A stretch of DNA of 24,000 bases from Bacteroidota bacterium (GCA_013297775.1 JAAFIL010000005.1:127377-151376), one strand, 5' to 3'; shown: positions 14,246-23,853, counted from the stretch's first letter. A program made the numbers and translations. The notes: generated by a model not told the origin, from the letters alone.

Positions 14246-16018
14246 GTGAATAAAGTATTTAAAGCAAATATTACTTATCAAGTTTCGGATTTCTTAAACG
14301 ATAATCTGAAAAAGATTACATCTTTTGAAAAGGCAAATCAAAAAATGCATGATGCTTTTGGTATCATATATTTTTTTGATAATGATGAAGAATTAGTAAT
14401 GCTTAAAGAGGTTCTTTCCATTGCCAATAATGTTGTTGAAGAACCTGATAGATCGGAATATGGCGACTTCCAAACTAATTCTGACTTAGCGAACAAAGTA
14501 ACTTTATACTTAGCGGAGAAAAAAATTTCACCCGAAGTTATAATTGAGCCAACTTGCGGGAAGGGAAATTTTATCATTGCTTCCTTACACAATTTTAAAA
14601 ACATTAAAAAGGTCTTTGGTGTTGAAATTTACAAACCTTACGTTTGGGAAACCAAATTCAGCATTGTTGATTTTTTCCTTTCTAATCCAAATTCAAATAA
14701 GCCAAAAATTTCAATAGTTCATTGCAATGTTTTCGACTTCGATTTTAAAGCAATAGCCAAGAAACATTCAACAAACAGTATTTTAGTCATCGGTAATCCA
14801 CCTTGGGTAACTAATTCAAAATTGGGTAGTTTAAATTCAACGAATCTTCCGAAAAAAACGAATTTCAAAAACCATAGCGGTTTAGATGCAATGACCGGCA
14901 AGGGTAATTTTGATATTGCTGAATTTATAACACTTACTATGATTGAAACCTTTCAAAATATGAAAGGGAATTTGTTGTTATTGGTGAAAAATTCTGTTAT
15001 CAAAAACATTGTCTTTGACCAAAATAAAAACCGATATAAGATTTCAGCTATTGAAAAACATTGCATTGACAGCAAAAAAGAGTTTAATGTTTCAGTTGAA
15101 GCAGCTTTGTTTTATTGTAAACTAAATTCACAACCTACATCGGATTGCTTAGAATTTGATTTTTACAATCGTCAAAAATCTCAACTTAAATTCGGCTGGT
15201 TGAACGACAAATTTGTTTCAAACATTGACACTTATATCCACTCAAAAGAAATTGACGGTGAATGTCCTTTTGTTTGGCGACAAGGTTTAAAGCACGATTG
15301 TTCTACCGTAATGGAATTAGACAAAGTGAACGGACATTATGTAAACGGACTGAATGAAGAAGTGAAATTGGAAGACGATTTAGTTTACGGTATTCTCAAA
15401 AGTTCCGACCTTAAAAACACTGTAATTAATCAAACACGAAAGTTTACAATTGTTACGCAAAAGAAAGTTGGGCAAGAAACAAAATATATTAAAACTGAAT
15501 ATCCTAAAACGTACCACTACCTCACACGACATCAAGTAAATTTCGATGCAAGAAAATCAAGTATCTACAACAACAAACCTTTGTTTTCAATATTTGGTAT
15601 TGGCGACTATTCTTTCAAACCTTTTAAAGTTGCCATATCAGGACTATACAAGACCTTTCATTTTACACTTATTTTGCCACAGAACAACAAGCCTGTAATG
15701 CTTGATGACACATGCTATTTGATAGGTTTTGATAAAATAGAATTTGCCGTTTACGCATTAATTCTTTTAAACTCTAACACGACAGTTCAGTTCTTACAAT
15801 CAGTTACTTTTACAGACGCTAAAAGGACTTTTACAAAAGACGTTTTAATGAGAATTGATCTCCTAGAATTAGCAAAACAAATTGACAAAACTGACCTGCA
15901 AACAGAACTTGAAACGCTTAACGAAAAGTATAAATTCAGTTTGACACTTGGCTTATGGGACAGTTTTATTAATGAGATGACACCTGTAAGCAATAGACAA
16001 ATAGCAATGTTTACATAG
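14246..16018 (+). CDS. N6-adenine DNA methyltransferase (gamma-class, Eco57I/TaqI-like, with C-terminal target-recognition domain)
   Basis: Motif I is IIEPTCGKGNFI and motif IV is VIGNPPWV (NPPW). There is a long C-terminal region. The predicted start is GTG, and an alternative ATG lies 33 codons in. Confidence 0.8.
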   Translation: MNKVFKANITYQVSDFLNDNLKKITSFEKANQKMHDAFGIIYFFDNDEELVMLKEVLSIANNVVEEPDRSEYGDFQTNSDLANKVTLYLAEKKISPEVIIEPTCGKGNFIIASLHNFKNIKKVFGVEIYKPYVWETKFSIVDFFLSNPNSNKPKISIVHCNVFDFDFKAIAKKHSTNSILVIGNPPWVTNSKLGSLNSTNLPKKTNFKNHSGLDAMTGKGNFDIAEFITLTMIETFQNMKGNLLLLVKNSVIKNIVFDQNKNRYKISAIEKHCIDSKKEFNVSVEAALFYCKLNSQPTSDCLEFDFYNRQKSQLKFGWLNDKFVSNIDTYIHSKEIDGECPFVWRQGLKHDCSTVMELDKVNGHYVNGLNEEVKLEDDLVYGILKSSDLKNTVINQTRKFTIVTQKKVGQETKYIKTEYPKTYHYLTRHQVNFDARKSSIYNNKPLFSIFGIGDYSFKPFKVAISGLYKTFHFTLILPQNNKPVMLDDTCYLIGFDKIEFAVYALILLNSNTTVQFLQSVTFTDAKRTFTKDVLMRIDLLELAKQIDKTDLQTELETLNEKYKFSLTLGLWDSFINEMTPVSNRQIAMFT

Positions 16019-16273
16019 ACTGAAAAAGTCTTAGGCATAACAGCAGTTTGGCTTAATAGTGGGTGCAGTAATTCGTACGACAGTTTTGTGCTAAAATCCT
16101 TCACTACACCAAACTGCGAAATACTAAGTCGCGTATTTCTAATAAAGTGGAATTAAAAATTTTATCGGCAATTGTGCGCTTTCATGCATGGTATTATTTT
16201 CCAAACGTGTTAAGGCAGCAAATAAACAACGATTATATAGGAATGGATTATACGCCTTTAAATAATTTCTTGA

Positions 16274-16301
16274 AACAAAAAAGCCCGCAGACAGCGGGCT
16301 T
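16274..16301 (-). terminator. Rho-independent terminator downstream of tRNA-Asn
   Basis: Stem AAGCCCGC (16281-16288) / GCGGGCTT (16294-16301). On the minus strand it is followed by TTTTTTGTTT. Confidence 0.75.
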
Positions 16302-16328
16302 GAAAAGACATCAAACGTATTTGACCTG

Positions 16329-16402
16329 CTCCCCCTCCTGGGCTCGAACCAGGGACCCCATGATTAACAGTCATGTGCTCTAACCAGCTGAGCTAAGGAG
16401 GA
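16329..16402 (-). tRNA. tRNA-Asn (anticodon GTT)
   Basis: The reverse complement is TCCTCCTTAGCTCAGCTGGTTAGAGCACATGACTGTTAATCATGGGGTCCCTGGTTCGAGCCCAGGAGGGGGAG. It forms a canonical cloverleaf with anticodon loop CTGTTAA. Confidence 0.95.
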
Positions 16403-16451
16403 ATTTCCCAATTGGGACGGCAAAAATACATCACATTTTGGAAATAAACAA

Positions 16452-16459
16452 TATCTTTG
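16452..16459 (+). promoter_or_regulatory. Candidate -7 box (TATCTTTG) for the PfkB kinase gene
   Basis: Matches TAnnTTTG, 26 bp upstream of the ATG at 16485. Confidence 0.4.
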
Positions 16460-16484
16460 CGGAAATTTTTTAAAAATCTTTATT

Positions 16485-17408
16485 ATGAGCCTTTTAGTGG
16501 TTGGAACCGTGGCCTTTGATGCTATTGAAACACCTTTTGGAAAAACAGATAAAATTGTTGGAGGAGCAGCCTCTTACATTGCATTAGCTGCTTCTTACTT
16601 TTATAAATCTATTCAATTGATAAGTGTGGTGGGCGACGATTTTCCGAATGCTTTTTTAGATACCTTAAAGGCACAAGGGGTAAAATTAGATGGTTTGCAA
16701 ATTAAACAAGGCGAAAAATCGTTTTTTTGGGCAGGGAAATACCATAACGACCTCAATACCCGCGATACCTTAGATACACAATTAAATGTATTGGCTAATT
16801 TTGACCCCGTTGTTCCGGCTGATTTTAAAGAACCTGATTTTTTAATGCTCGGAAATTTAATGCCGCTTATTCAACAACAAGTGTTGGCACAACTAACTAA
16901 ACGTCCGAAATTAATTGTGTTAGACACCATGAATTTTTGGATGGATACAAGCATGGACGAACTGATGAAAACCCTTTCGATGATTGATGTTTTAACCATT
17001 AACGACTCGGAGGCGCGCCAATTATCGGGCGAGTATTCGTTGGTTAAAGCGGCTCAAAAAATATTAGATATGGGGCCAAAAGTTTTAGTCATAAAAAAAG
17101 GAGAGCATGGTGCTTTGTTGTTTAATAAAGAAGAAGTATTTTTTGCACCAGCCTTACCACTCGAAGAAGTGTATGACCCAACTGGCGCAGGCGATAGCTT
17201 TGCGGGTGGCTTTATTGGGTACTTAGCAAAAACAAAAGATATTAGCTTCGAAAATATGAAACGTGCTATCATTTTTGGAAGTGCCATGGCTAGCTTTACC
17301 GTTGAAAAATTTGGAACCGAGCGTTTAATTGGCCTTTCGCAAGAGGATGTAGAAGACCGCGTTCAAGAGTTTGTAGATTTAGTGCAATTCGATATTTCGT
17401 TGGTATAA
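16485..17408 (+). CDS. PfkB-family carbohydrate/nucleoside kinase
   Basis: 307 aa with the PfkB signature DPTGAGDSFAGGF near the C-terminus and a ribokinase-like layout. Confidence 0.85.
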   Translation: MSLLVVGTVAFDAIETPFGKTDKIVGGAASYIALAASYFYKSIQLISVVGDDFPNAFLDTLKAQGVKLDGLQIKQGEKSFFWAGKYHNDLNTRDTLDTQLNVLANFDPVVPADFKEPDFLMLGNLMPLIQQQVLAQLTKRPKLIVLDTMNFWMDTSMDELMKTLSMIDVLTINDSEARQLSGEYSLVKAAQKILDMGPKVLVIKKGEHGALLFNKEEVFFAPALPLEEVYDPTGAGDSFAGGFIGYLAKTKDISFENMKRAIIFGSAMASFTVEKFGTERLIGLSQEDVEDRVQEFVDLVQFDISLV

Positions 17409-17440
17409 CGTTAACTCAATAATTAAAATGTAAAAACTAA

Positions 17441-17479
17441 AGCAGAATGAAACGCCATTTCATTCTGCTTTGTTTTTTG
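17441..17479 (+). terminator. Rho-independent terminator after the PfkB kinase gene
   Basis: AGCAGAATGAAA (17441-17452) / TTTCATTCTGCT (17458-17469) form a 12-bp perfect stem, followed by TTGTTTTTT. Confidence 0.8.
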
Positions 17480-17492
17480 TATATTTAAACAA

Positions 17493-18011
17493 ATGGCTAA
17501 AAAAATAAATAAACCCGATGTTTATACCTTAACCGTTACGGCCGAAATTGAGGTATATGCTTCGGTTGAAAAACTGCCCAAGGCTGACCAAATTTTAATG
17601 GCAAAGGCTAAAGAAGCCGTAGAAAATGCGTATGCACCGTATTCGCATTTTAAAGTGGGAGCAGCTGTACGTTTAAGCAACGGTAAAATAATATTGGGTA
17701 ATAACCAAGAAAACGCTGCTTATCCTTCGGGCTTGTGTGCCGAGCGGGTTGCTATTTTTCAAGCGGGGGCTTTATACCCGCAGGCGGCGGTGAAGGCCAT
17801 TGCAATATGTTGCCAATCGGTACTTAAACCGGTGTTGGAGCCGGTAACTCCTTGCGGTGCTTGTCGCCAATCCATTGCCGAATATGAGTCGCGATCGGGA
17901 GTACCCATTCGTTTGATTATGACGGGACAAAAGGGAAGTGTGTATGTGGCCAATAGTATTCATACGTTATTACCTTTGCTGTTTAATGGTGCTTTATTAG
18001 GTAAAAAATAG
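17493..18011 (+). CDS. cdd: Cytidine deaminase
   Basis: The zinc-binding motifs CAERVAI and PCGACRQ have typical spacing. 172 aa. Confidence 0.85.
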   Translation: MAKKINKPDVYTLTVTAEIEVYASVEKLPKADQILMAKAKEAVENAYAPYSHFKVGAAVRLSNGKIILGNNQENAAYPSGLCAERVAIFQAGALYPQAAVKAIAICCQSVLKPVLEPVTPCGACRQSIAEYESRSGVPIRLIMTGQKGSVYVANSIHTLLPLLFNGALLGKK

Positions 18012-18049
18012 GCGATGTGATTGGTGGAAAGTAGATTCTTGTTTGTTGG

Positions 18050-18637
18050 TTAGTCGTTTATCACATCTGATTTGCTTGCTGAGGTATTCAACTCAAAAAC
18101 AGAAGCAATATCGGCGCGCAACACTTTTAATTTTAAAACTATCCATGTAATTTCTAATTGCACTAACAAACCCCATAGAAATGTAATTCTAAACCAAAAT
18201 ATAGCGTACGTGCCTAAAAATATTTGTGCTACTGTAACCGTTAATAACACAGCCCAAACTTTAGCAGCGTGGGTGTGTAAAGCTAAGCTGGTATTAAACT
18301 TAAAATATCCCAATAGTTGAATAAAAACTTCGGATGCTACTAAAATAAATAGAGCTATCGCGTGTTCGCGTACAAACTCTGATTTCATAACGATTAAAAG
18401 ATAGAGAAGCGATAACCAAAATACAGTATCTACTTTGCTATCGAGTTGACGCAAATGGGTAGTAGCCATTTTTAAACGCCGAGCAATAACCCCATCAAAA
18501 ATATCGGTAACAATAGCCGCTACTAAAATACCTACAACCAAATGGGCTTGTTGCAACGGTTGATAAAGCGAAATGAAAATATAAACAGCAGCCATTACCA
18601 ATCGGCTATACGTTAAGAGGTAGGGTAAAGTTTTCAT
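18050..18637 (-). CDS. CDP-alcohol phosphatidyltransferase-family membrane protein
   Basis: The DIFDGVIARR...DSKVD motif fits D-G-x2-A-R...D-x3-D. The protein has multiple TM helices. 195 aa. Confidence 0.75.
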   Translation of the reverse strand: MKTLPYLLTYSRLVMAAVYIFISLYQPLQQAHLVVGILVAAIVTDIFDGVIARRLKMATTHLRQLDSKVDTVFWLSLLYLLIVMKSEFVREHAIALFILVASEVFIQLLGYFKFNTSLALHTHAAKVWAVLLTVTVAQIFLGTYAIFWFRITFLWGLLVQLEITWIVLKLKVLRADIASVFELNTSASKSDVIND

Positions 18638-18684
18638 ACAATTTAATTTTTAAATACGTTTTTATTTTTTTTTTTGACCCCAAA

Positions 18685-18739
18685 AACGGTGCTTGTTGAG
18701 GTGTGTAGCCAATCGTTTATTGGTTTAACAAACACCGTT
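18685..18739 (-). terminator. Terminator-like hairpin in the 5' leader of the CDP-alcohol phosphatidyltransferase gene
   Basis: Paired segments are AACGGTG/CACCGTT, TTGTT/AACAA and CCAAT/ATTGG. On the minus strand the hairpin runs into a T5 tract (caccgtttttgggg) about 45 nt upstream of the ATG at 18637. No minus-strand ORF lies upstream. Confidence 0.35.
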
Positions 18740-19160
18740 CTCTACATCAGTTTTGGGCTGAGTTTAGGGGCATATTTTTTATACGATGTATAGTGCCAAT
18801 CAAATTATTTATGCAATTTTTAAAGCGCATAATTTACCATAGTAACTATCTAACTTCAACTGTTTTTGTTTTAACCGAGATTTCTCGAAATCTAGGTTTA
18901 ACCTCCAACTAAAAGTGCATAACAACAGCGCATCTATTTTTTTCATAAGCGTTTAATTTCTTGGTTCAAAATTACAATTGCAACAAGGCTTGGGCTAACG
19001 GCTTACTACTTAGACTTTTTTAAAACTTGTAGTTTTTACTACAAGAAAAGGGTTAGTAAGGCTTAGTCCCTTTTATTTGCAGAAAATGCAACATTGAACA
19101 CTTAAATTGGCGATTTTTGTAAAAATACTTAGCTTTATAGGAAAGCGAATACTAAAAATT

Positions 19161-20171
19161 ATGCCAAATAGACAAAAAAAAGAGAGTAAGCCTGTTGGAA
19201 TACAAGATCACTTTATAGAAAAATTGAAAGAAGTATTGCCGCCTGGTATTGGTTTGGCCGAGGAACTATCGGATGTGTTAGGCATTAGTTTAGACAGTGC
19301 GTATCGCCGCATTAGAGGCGAAACCGAAATTAGCATTGATGAGGTTTATAAATTGACTAAACAATATACCTTAAGTGTTGATGATGTATTCAGTAATCAG
19401 AAAGATACGGTAACATTTGCTTACACCAAATTAACCGATAGCGAGGCCAATTTTGAAGCGTATTTAAACCGCCTCTTTAATCACTTAAAGCGTATTCATA
19501 CTTTCGATAAAAAACGTATTCATTACGTTGCCGAAGAAATTCCTATTTTTTATTCGTTCTCAAGTGAAAAGTTAGCTGAGTTTAAATTATTTTATTGGCA
19601 ACGTAGTGTTTTAAATATTGAAAAATACCAACATCAAAAATTTGAATGGGGCATTATCTCGCCCGATTTGGTAAAGTTAGCTCATCAATTGTATAAAGAA
19701 TACCTTCAAATACCTAGTGTAGAAGTTTGGACCGATGAAACGATTTTAACTGGTATCAAACAAATTAGTTTTTATTTTGAAAGCGGTGTTTTAAAGAAAA
19801 ATCAAACGTTAGAGTTGTTAGAGGAGTACAGGCAAATGGTTGGCAAAGTGCAACAATTTGCCGAGCATGCGTCAAAACAAAAGAGTGATAAAGAAGAAAC
19901 GTATCAAATGTATTGCAGTGAGGTTGTTTTAGGCACCAACTGTATTTATGTGTTAATGGGCGAGGCGCGCTATTCGTACATTTCGTTTAATACGCTTAAC
20001 TCGTTAACCACCACCAACCCCGAGTTTTGCGAAGAAACCGAACATTGGATGAAAAACTTAGAGAAAAAAAGTACACTCATTAGCGGGGTATCTGAAAAGC
20101 AGCGTTATCAATTTTTTAGTAAAATGAATGCTGTAATTGATGATGCTATAGAAAAAATAAACCGAACTTAA
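19161..20171 (+). CDS. Helix-turn-helix domain protein of unknown function (Bacteroidota type)
   Basis: The N-terminal HTH is GLAEELSDVLGISLDSAYRRIRGETEISIDEV. I prefer the ATG at 19161 to the TTG at 19107 given in the ORF track. Its stop TAA is directly followed by the kinase ATG (TAAATG). Confidence 0.65.
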   Translation: MPNRQKKESKPVGIQDHFIEKLKEVLPPGIGLAEELSDVLGISLDSAYRRIRGETEISIDEVYKLTKQYTLSVDDVFSNQKDTVTFAYTKLTDSEANFEAYLNRLFNHLKRIHTFDKKRIHYVAEEIPIFYSFSSEKLAEFKLFYWQRSVLNIEKYQHQKFEWGIISPDLVKLAHQLYKEYLQIPSVEVWTDETILTGIKQISFYFESGVLKKNQTLELLEEYRQMVGKVQQFAEHASKQKSDKEETYQMYCSEVVLGTNCIYVLMGEARYSYISFNTLNSLTTTNPEFCEETEHWMKNLEKKSTLISGVSEKQRYQFFSKMNAVIDDAIEKINRT

Positions 20172-23100
20172 ATGCAGCTCTTAAAACAGATTTTACTTGT
20201 TTTATGGATTGGATTGGCTCAAACACTGGCAGCACAAACCCATTTACACTTTTCGGTGGTGCAGTATAATTCTAAAAAAGGATTAAAACAAAACTCTGTA
20301 CACGCATTAATGCCTACACACAACAACCGTATTTTACTAAGTACATACAATGGCCTTGTACAATTTGATGGCGATCGCTTTACTGAAATACCTTTCTCTA
20401 AAATAGATAATTATAAGTTTTATAATCATTTGGTAAAAACAACGGCACCCGAAAAATATTTTGTGGTTAATCCAAACGGTGCTTGCTATCAAATTCATCC
20501 GAGCATTAACCAATTGTTGTTGCCATCCGAAATTAAGCGCGTTAAACAAGTTATAGCTTTTCAAAATAAAATTTACTTTGTTAACTCATCTAACCGTATA
20601 TTTAGTTATAACGTATCCACCAAAAAATTTACCAAGCATACCATACCAACTGTATCTAGCTATCTAAAATTATTTGCCACGCAAACCAATTTATACCTAA
20701 GTATAGATAATCAATTGTACCAAAGTGATGCCAAGTTATCGAGTATCCAATCCATTTATGCAGGAAGTGGCGGTGTTGCTAACTTAACCGAAGTGATTCA
20801 AAAATCAACTCGTTTTTTTTACATCTTAGTTAACAATCAATTATTACAAGCCGAAACAAAAACTGGACTTATCTTTAAACCTATTTTTTCAAAACCCGAT
20901 TCAATTGCCCTCGATTTTTTTCAGTTTACAAACGATAGCCTTGGTAATTTTTATTTGGCAACCTCCGAAAAAATATATCACTTTAATATAAAAACTAAGC
21001 AGTTTCAAGCCATTAAACTTTCTGCGTATTCTATCAACATCCGAACGCTATACTATCAAAAAAACCTACGGCAATTATTGGTAGGCACTATGGCCGATGG
21101 GCTTTTTGTGTTGCGCCCCGATGTGATAACTTCGTTTACAGATATTAACGGGTTCACGAGTAAAGGATGCACGGGCATTACACTTGGCCCTGATAGCAGC
21201 GTTTACATTAGTACACTTTCAGATAAAATATATACTTTCAAAAAAGGAGTTCTGAAACCTTATACAACTTACAATGGTTTTTTTACAGCGTCTCAATTTA
21301 TAAATGGTAAACTTTGGATGGGGTCTTATGGCGGACAAATTCTAACAAATCCCTACTCGAAAACCATTGAAAATCTTAAAGTAACAGGTCCAAGCCCCAT
21401 TACACAAATTCTTTACGACACCCCGAATCATATTTGGGTAGCACATCAAGATGGGCTTTGCTTAGTAAGTAGTAAATTAAAGATCATTAGTGATTTTTCT
21501 AAAGAAATAAAAAATGGAATTACGTGCGTTAAAAAAATAAATGCCACTACATTAGTTGCTGCTGGGCGTTCGCATATTTACATGATTGAGAACGAACGCG
21601 TTAAACGCCACTTTAGTGTAAAAGAAGGATTAAACGTAACCGATGTGCGTTGCATATACACTACAACAAGCGGATTGCTTTTGTTTGGTACTTATGGCAA
21701 AGGTCTTTTTTTGTTAAGAGAAAATAAACTCATTAATATTAACGAATACAGAGGTTGTCTTTTACCCGACGATATTTTTTGCCTAGCAAAAGACAAAAGT
21801 AATACCTTATGGATGACCACTAACAATGGGCTTTATGCCATTAAAGAAGTATTGTTAGAACGTTTCATTCGCCGCCAAACAGAATTGTTAATACCACGGC
21901 GTTACGATGCGCAACAAGGTTTAGAAATAGAAGAATTTAACGGTGCGTTTATGCCCAATTATTGTTATATAGATAGCAACACCTTGTTATTTCCAAATGT
22001 GAAAGGATTTTCTCAACTCCACTTAAATTTAGTTCGGCAAACATCGAATGTAACTCCTATTACTGAAATTGAAAGTATTCAAGTGAACGATACTTTACAG
22101 TTTTTAAAAACCGATTCGATTGCGTTTCCAAGTACCAATAATACCTTACGCATTACGTTTCGCGCCAATAATTTTGATGCCTCTGCCAATCTTCACTACC
22201 AATATAAACTAGAAGGGCTTGATGGGCGTTGGAGCTTGCCAACACTGGTTAACGAAGCCCGTTTTGCACTTTTGCCCTCGGGCGATTATACGTTCAAAGT
22301 AAAAGCGGTAGATGCCAATGCACTTAATCACCCCTGTGCCGAAATCAAATTTACGGTGGTTCCTACTTTAACTGAAACCCTTGTTTTTAAAGTGCTAATG
22401 TTAGGTGCTTTATTGTTTATTGCAGCGTTAATTACGGTTTGGCGTTTACGTTCGTTTAAACGAAAAGTGGAAGAGAAAAATTTATACGAAGCTAAAATTG
22501 CTCAGGTAGAGTTAAGGGCTTTACACGCTCAAATTAATCCACACTTTATTTTTAATTGTTTAAATAGCATTAAGTATTGTGTTAGTGCGCATAATTTTGA
22601 AGCCGCCGATAAATACATTGATCACTTTTCAATGTTATTGCGGCGATTTTTAGAGTACAGTTCTAACGAAACGATTAGCATCAACGAAGAAGCTGGTATT
22701 TTAATTCACTACCTCGAATTAGAAAAATATAGATTTAATAATAAGTTTAATTATTTTTTAGAAGTAGAGCCTAGCCTACGCGAACAATTTATTCCTACCA
22801 ATATTATTCAACCATTTGTTGAAAATGCAATTAAACATGGCATTGCACACGCTGAAAATCTTTGTAACTTACACATTACTTTTGCAGCCCACGAGTCAAA
22901 TATTCGTTGCACAATAGATGATGATGGAATTGGACGCGAAGCCTCAAAAAAAATTAATGAATCGTTTAAAAAACATGTATCAAAAGGATTGGGATTGATA
23001 AAAGATAAAAAGGACATCTTGAAAAAAATTAGTAAAATTGATTTGAATTTTGAAATTATAGATAAAAAAGGACATTTTAATGAAGAGAGTTTAGGAACTA

Positions 23101-23180
23101 AAGTAATTATTGATATACCATTATATGATGATAAAAGCACTAATAATAGAGGACGAACTAACTGGTCAGAATTTGATTAA
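20172..23180 (+). CDS. Sensor histidine kinase: periplasmic beta-propeller repeats + Y_Y_Y-like domain + TM + LytS/YehU-type His_kinase + HATPase
   Basis: 1002 aa with a signal peptide and a repeated propeller-like region. It has a single TM (LVFKVLMLGALLFIAALITVW), the LytS-type H-box LHAQINPHFIFNCLNSI, and ATPase motifs (PFVENAIKHGI, DDGIG, GLGL). Confidence 0.85.
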   Translation: MQLLKQILLVLWIGLAQTLAAQTHLHFSVVQYNSKKGLKQNSVHALMPTHNNRILLSTYNGLVQFDGDRFTEIPFSKIDNYKFYNHLVKTTAPEKYFVVNPNGACYQIHPSINQLLLPSEIKRVKQVIAFQNKIYFVNSSNRIFSYNVSTKKFTKHTIPTVSSYLKLFATQTNLYLSIDNQLYQSDAKLSSIQSIYAGSGGVANLTEVIQKSTRFFYILVNNQLLQAETKTGLIFKPIFSKPDSIALDFFQFTNDSLGNFYLATSEKIYHFNIKTKQFQAIKLSAYSINIRTLYYQKNLRQLLVGTMADGLFVLRPDVITSFTDINGFTSKGCTGITLGPDSSVYISTLSDKIYTFKKGVLKPYTTYNGFFTASQFINGKLWMGSYGGQILTNPYSKTIENLKVTGPSPITQILYDTPNHIWVAHQDGLCLVSSKLKIISDFSKEIKNGITCVKKINATTLVAAGRSHIYMIENERVKRHFSVKEGLNVTDVRCIYTTTSGLLLFGTYGKGLFLLRENKLININEYRGCLLPDDIFCLAKDKSNTLWMTTNNGLYAIKEVLLERFIRRQTELLIPRRYDAQQGLEIEEFNGAFMPNYCYIDSNTLLFPNVKGFSQLHLNLVRQTSNVTPITEIESIQVNDTLQFLKTDSIAFPSTNNTLRITFRANNFDASANLHYQYKLEGLDGRWSLPTLVNEARFALLPSGDYTFKVKAVDANALNHPCAEIKFTVVPTLTETLVFKVLMLGALLFIAALITVWRLRSFKRKVEEKNLYEAKIAQVELRALHAQINPHFIFNCLNSIKYCVSAHNFEAADKYIDHFSMLLRRFLEYSSNETISINEEAGILIHYLELEKYRFNNKFNYFLEVEPSLREQFIPTNIIQPFVENAIKHGIAHAENLCNLHITFAAHESNIRCTIDDDGIGREASKKINESFKKHVSKGLGLIKDKKDILKKISKIDLNFEIIDKKGHFNEESLGTKVIIDIPLYDDKSTNNRGRTNWSEFD

Positions 23181-23853
23181 AAATCTTTTGGAAACACACT
23201 TTCGCGAGGTTCAACTGTGCGGTATTGCCGACTCGGTTAACAAATCGCTGAAACTCATTGCCGAGCAACGTCCACATCTGGTATTTATGGATGTCCAAAT
23301 TAAGGGTGGCTCGGGTTTTGATGTATTATCTGAATTAAAAGAATGGGACTTTGAAGTTATTTTTATTACTGCTTATAATAACTACGCCATTAAAGCCATT
23401 AAAGCCGAGGCACTCGATTACCTCCTCAAACCAATTAACACCAACGAGTTTATAGCAGCCGTAAAAAAAGCAATAGACAAAACAACTAAGTTACTTTCGA
23501 ACGAGGTAAACACCGACGTTCCAATAAAAGATAAATTCCTTTTAACCAATTACAACGAAACCGAATTTGTAGATTATAACGACATCTTATTTTTTGAAGC
23601 CGATGGCAATTATACCTTTTGCCACACCAAAGAAGAAAAGAAAACAATTAGCAAATCTATTGGTGAAATTGAAAAACAGTTAAACGAGGCCGTTTTTGTG
23701 CGCACGCATCATAGTTTTATTGTTAATGTTCATAAAATTGAAAAATTTAATAAAGGGCGTTCTGGTATTCTTTTTTTAGAGGGCGGGGCTGCCATCCCTG
23801 TATCGCAGCGCAAAATGAAAGATTTTTCGGGGCTGTTACACAATCGTTTTTAA
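23125..23853 (+). CDS. LytTR-family response regulator (REC + LytTR DNA-binding domain)
   Basis: The receiver is ALIIEDE...HLVFMDVQIKG...ITAY...A.DYLLKP. The C-terminal LytTR is IVNVHKIEKF. The ATG at 23125/23128 is more likely than the TTG at 23110. It overlaps the kinase 3' end by about 56 nt. Confidence 0.85.
   Translation: MMIKALIIEDELTGQNLIKNLLETHFREVQLCGIADSVNKSLKLIAEQRPHLVFMDVQIKGGSGFDVLSELKEWDFEVIFITAYNNYAIKAIKAEALDYLLKPINTNEFIAAVKKAIDKTTKLLSNEVNTDVPIKDKFLLTNYNETEFVDYNDILFFEADGNYTFCHTKEEKKTISKSIGEIEKQLNEAVFVRTHHSFIVNVHKIEKFNKGRSGILFLEGGAAIPVSQRKMKDFSGLLHNRF

Noticed and set aside
16147-16383. 78-aa plus-strand ORF
   Set aside because: It runs through the terminator and across tRNA-Asn on the opposite strand. 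It shows no protein-like features.
18665-18675. T11 homopolymer as a phase-variation switch for the CDP-alcohol phosphatidyltransferase gene
   Set aside because: A single AT-rich homopolymer in an AT-rich intergenic region is not enough. Length polymorphism data would be required. It is mentioned only within the leader finding.
19107-19160. TTG start giving an 18-aa N-terminal extension to the HTH protein
   Set aside because: The in-frame ATG at 19161 (MPNRQKK...) is a more conventional start. The extension (MAIFVKILSFIGKRILKI) has no evident function. It cannot be settled without start-site data.
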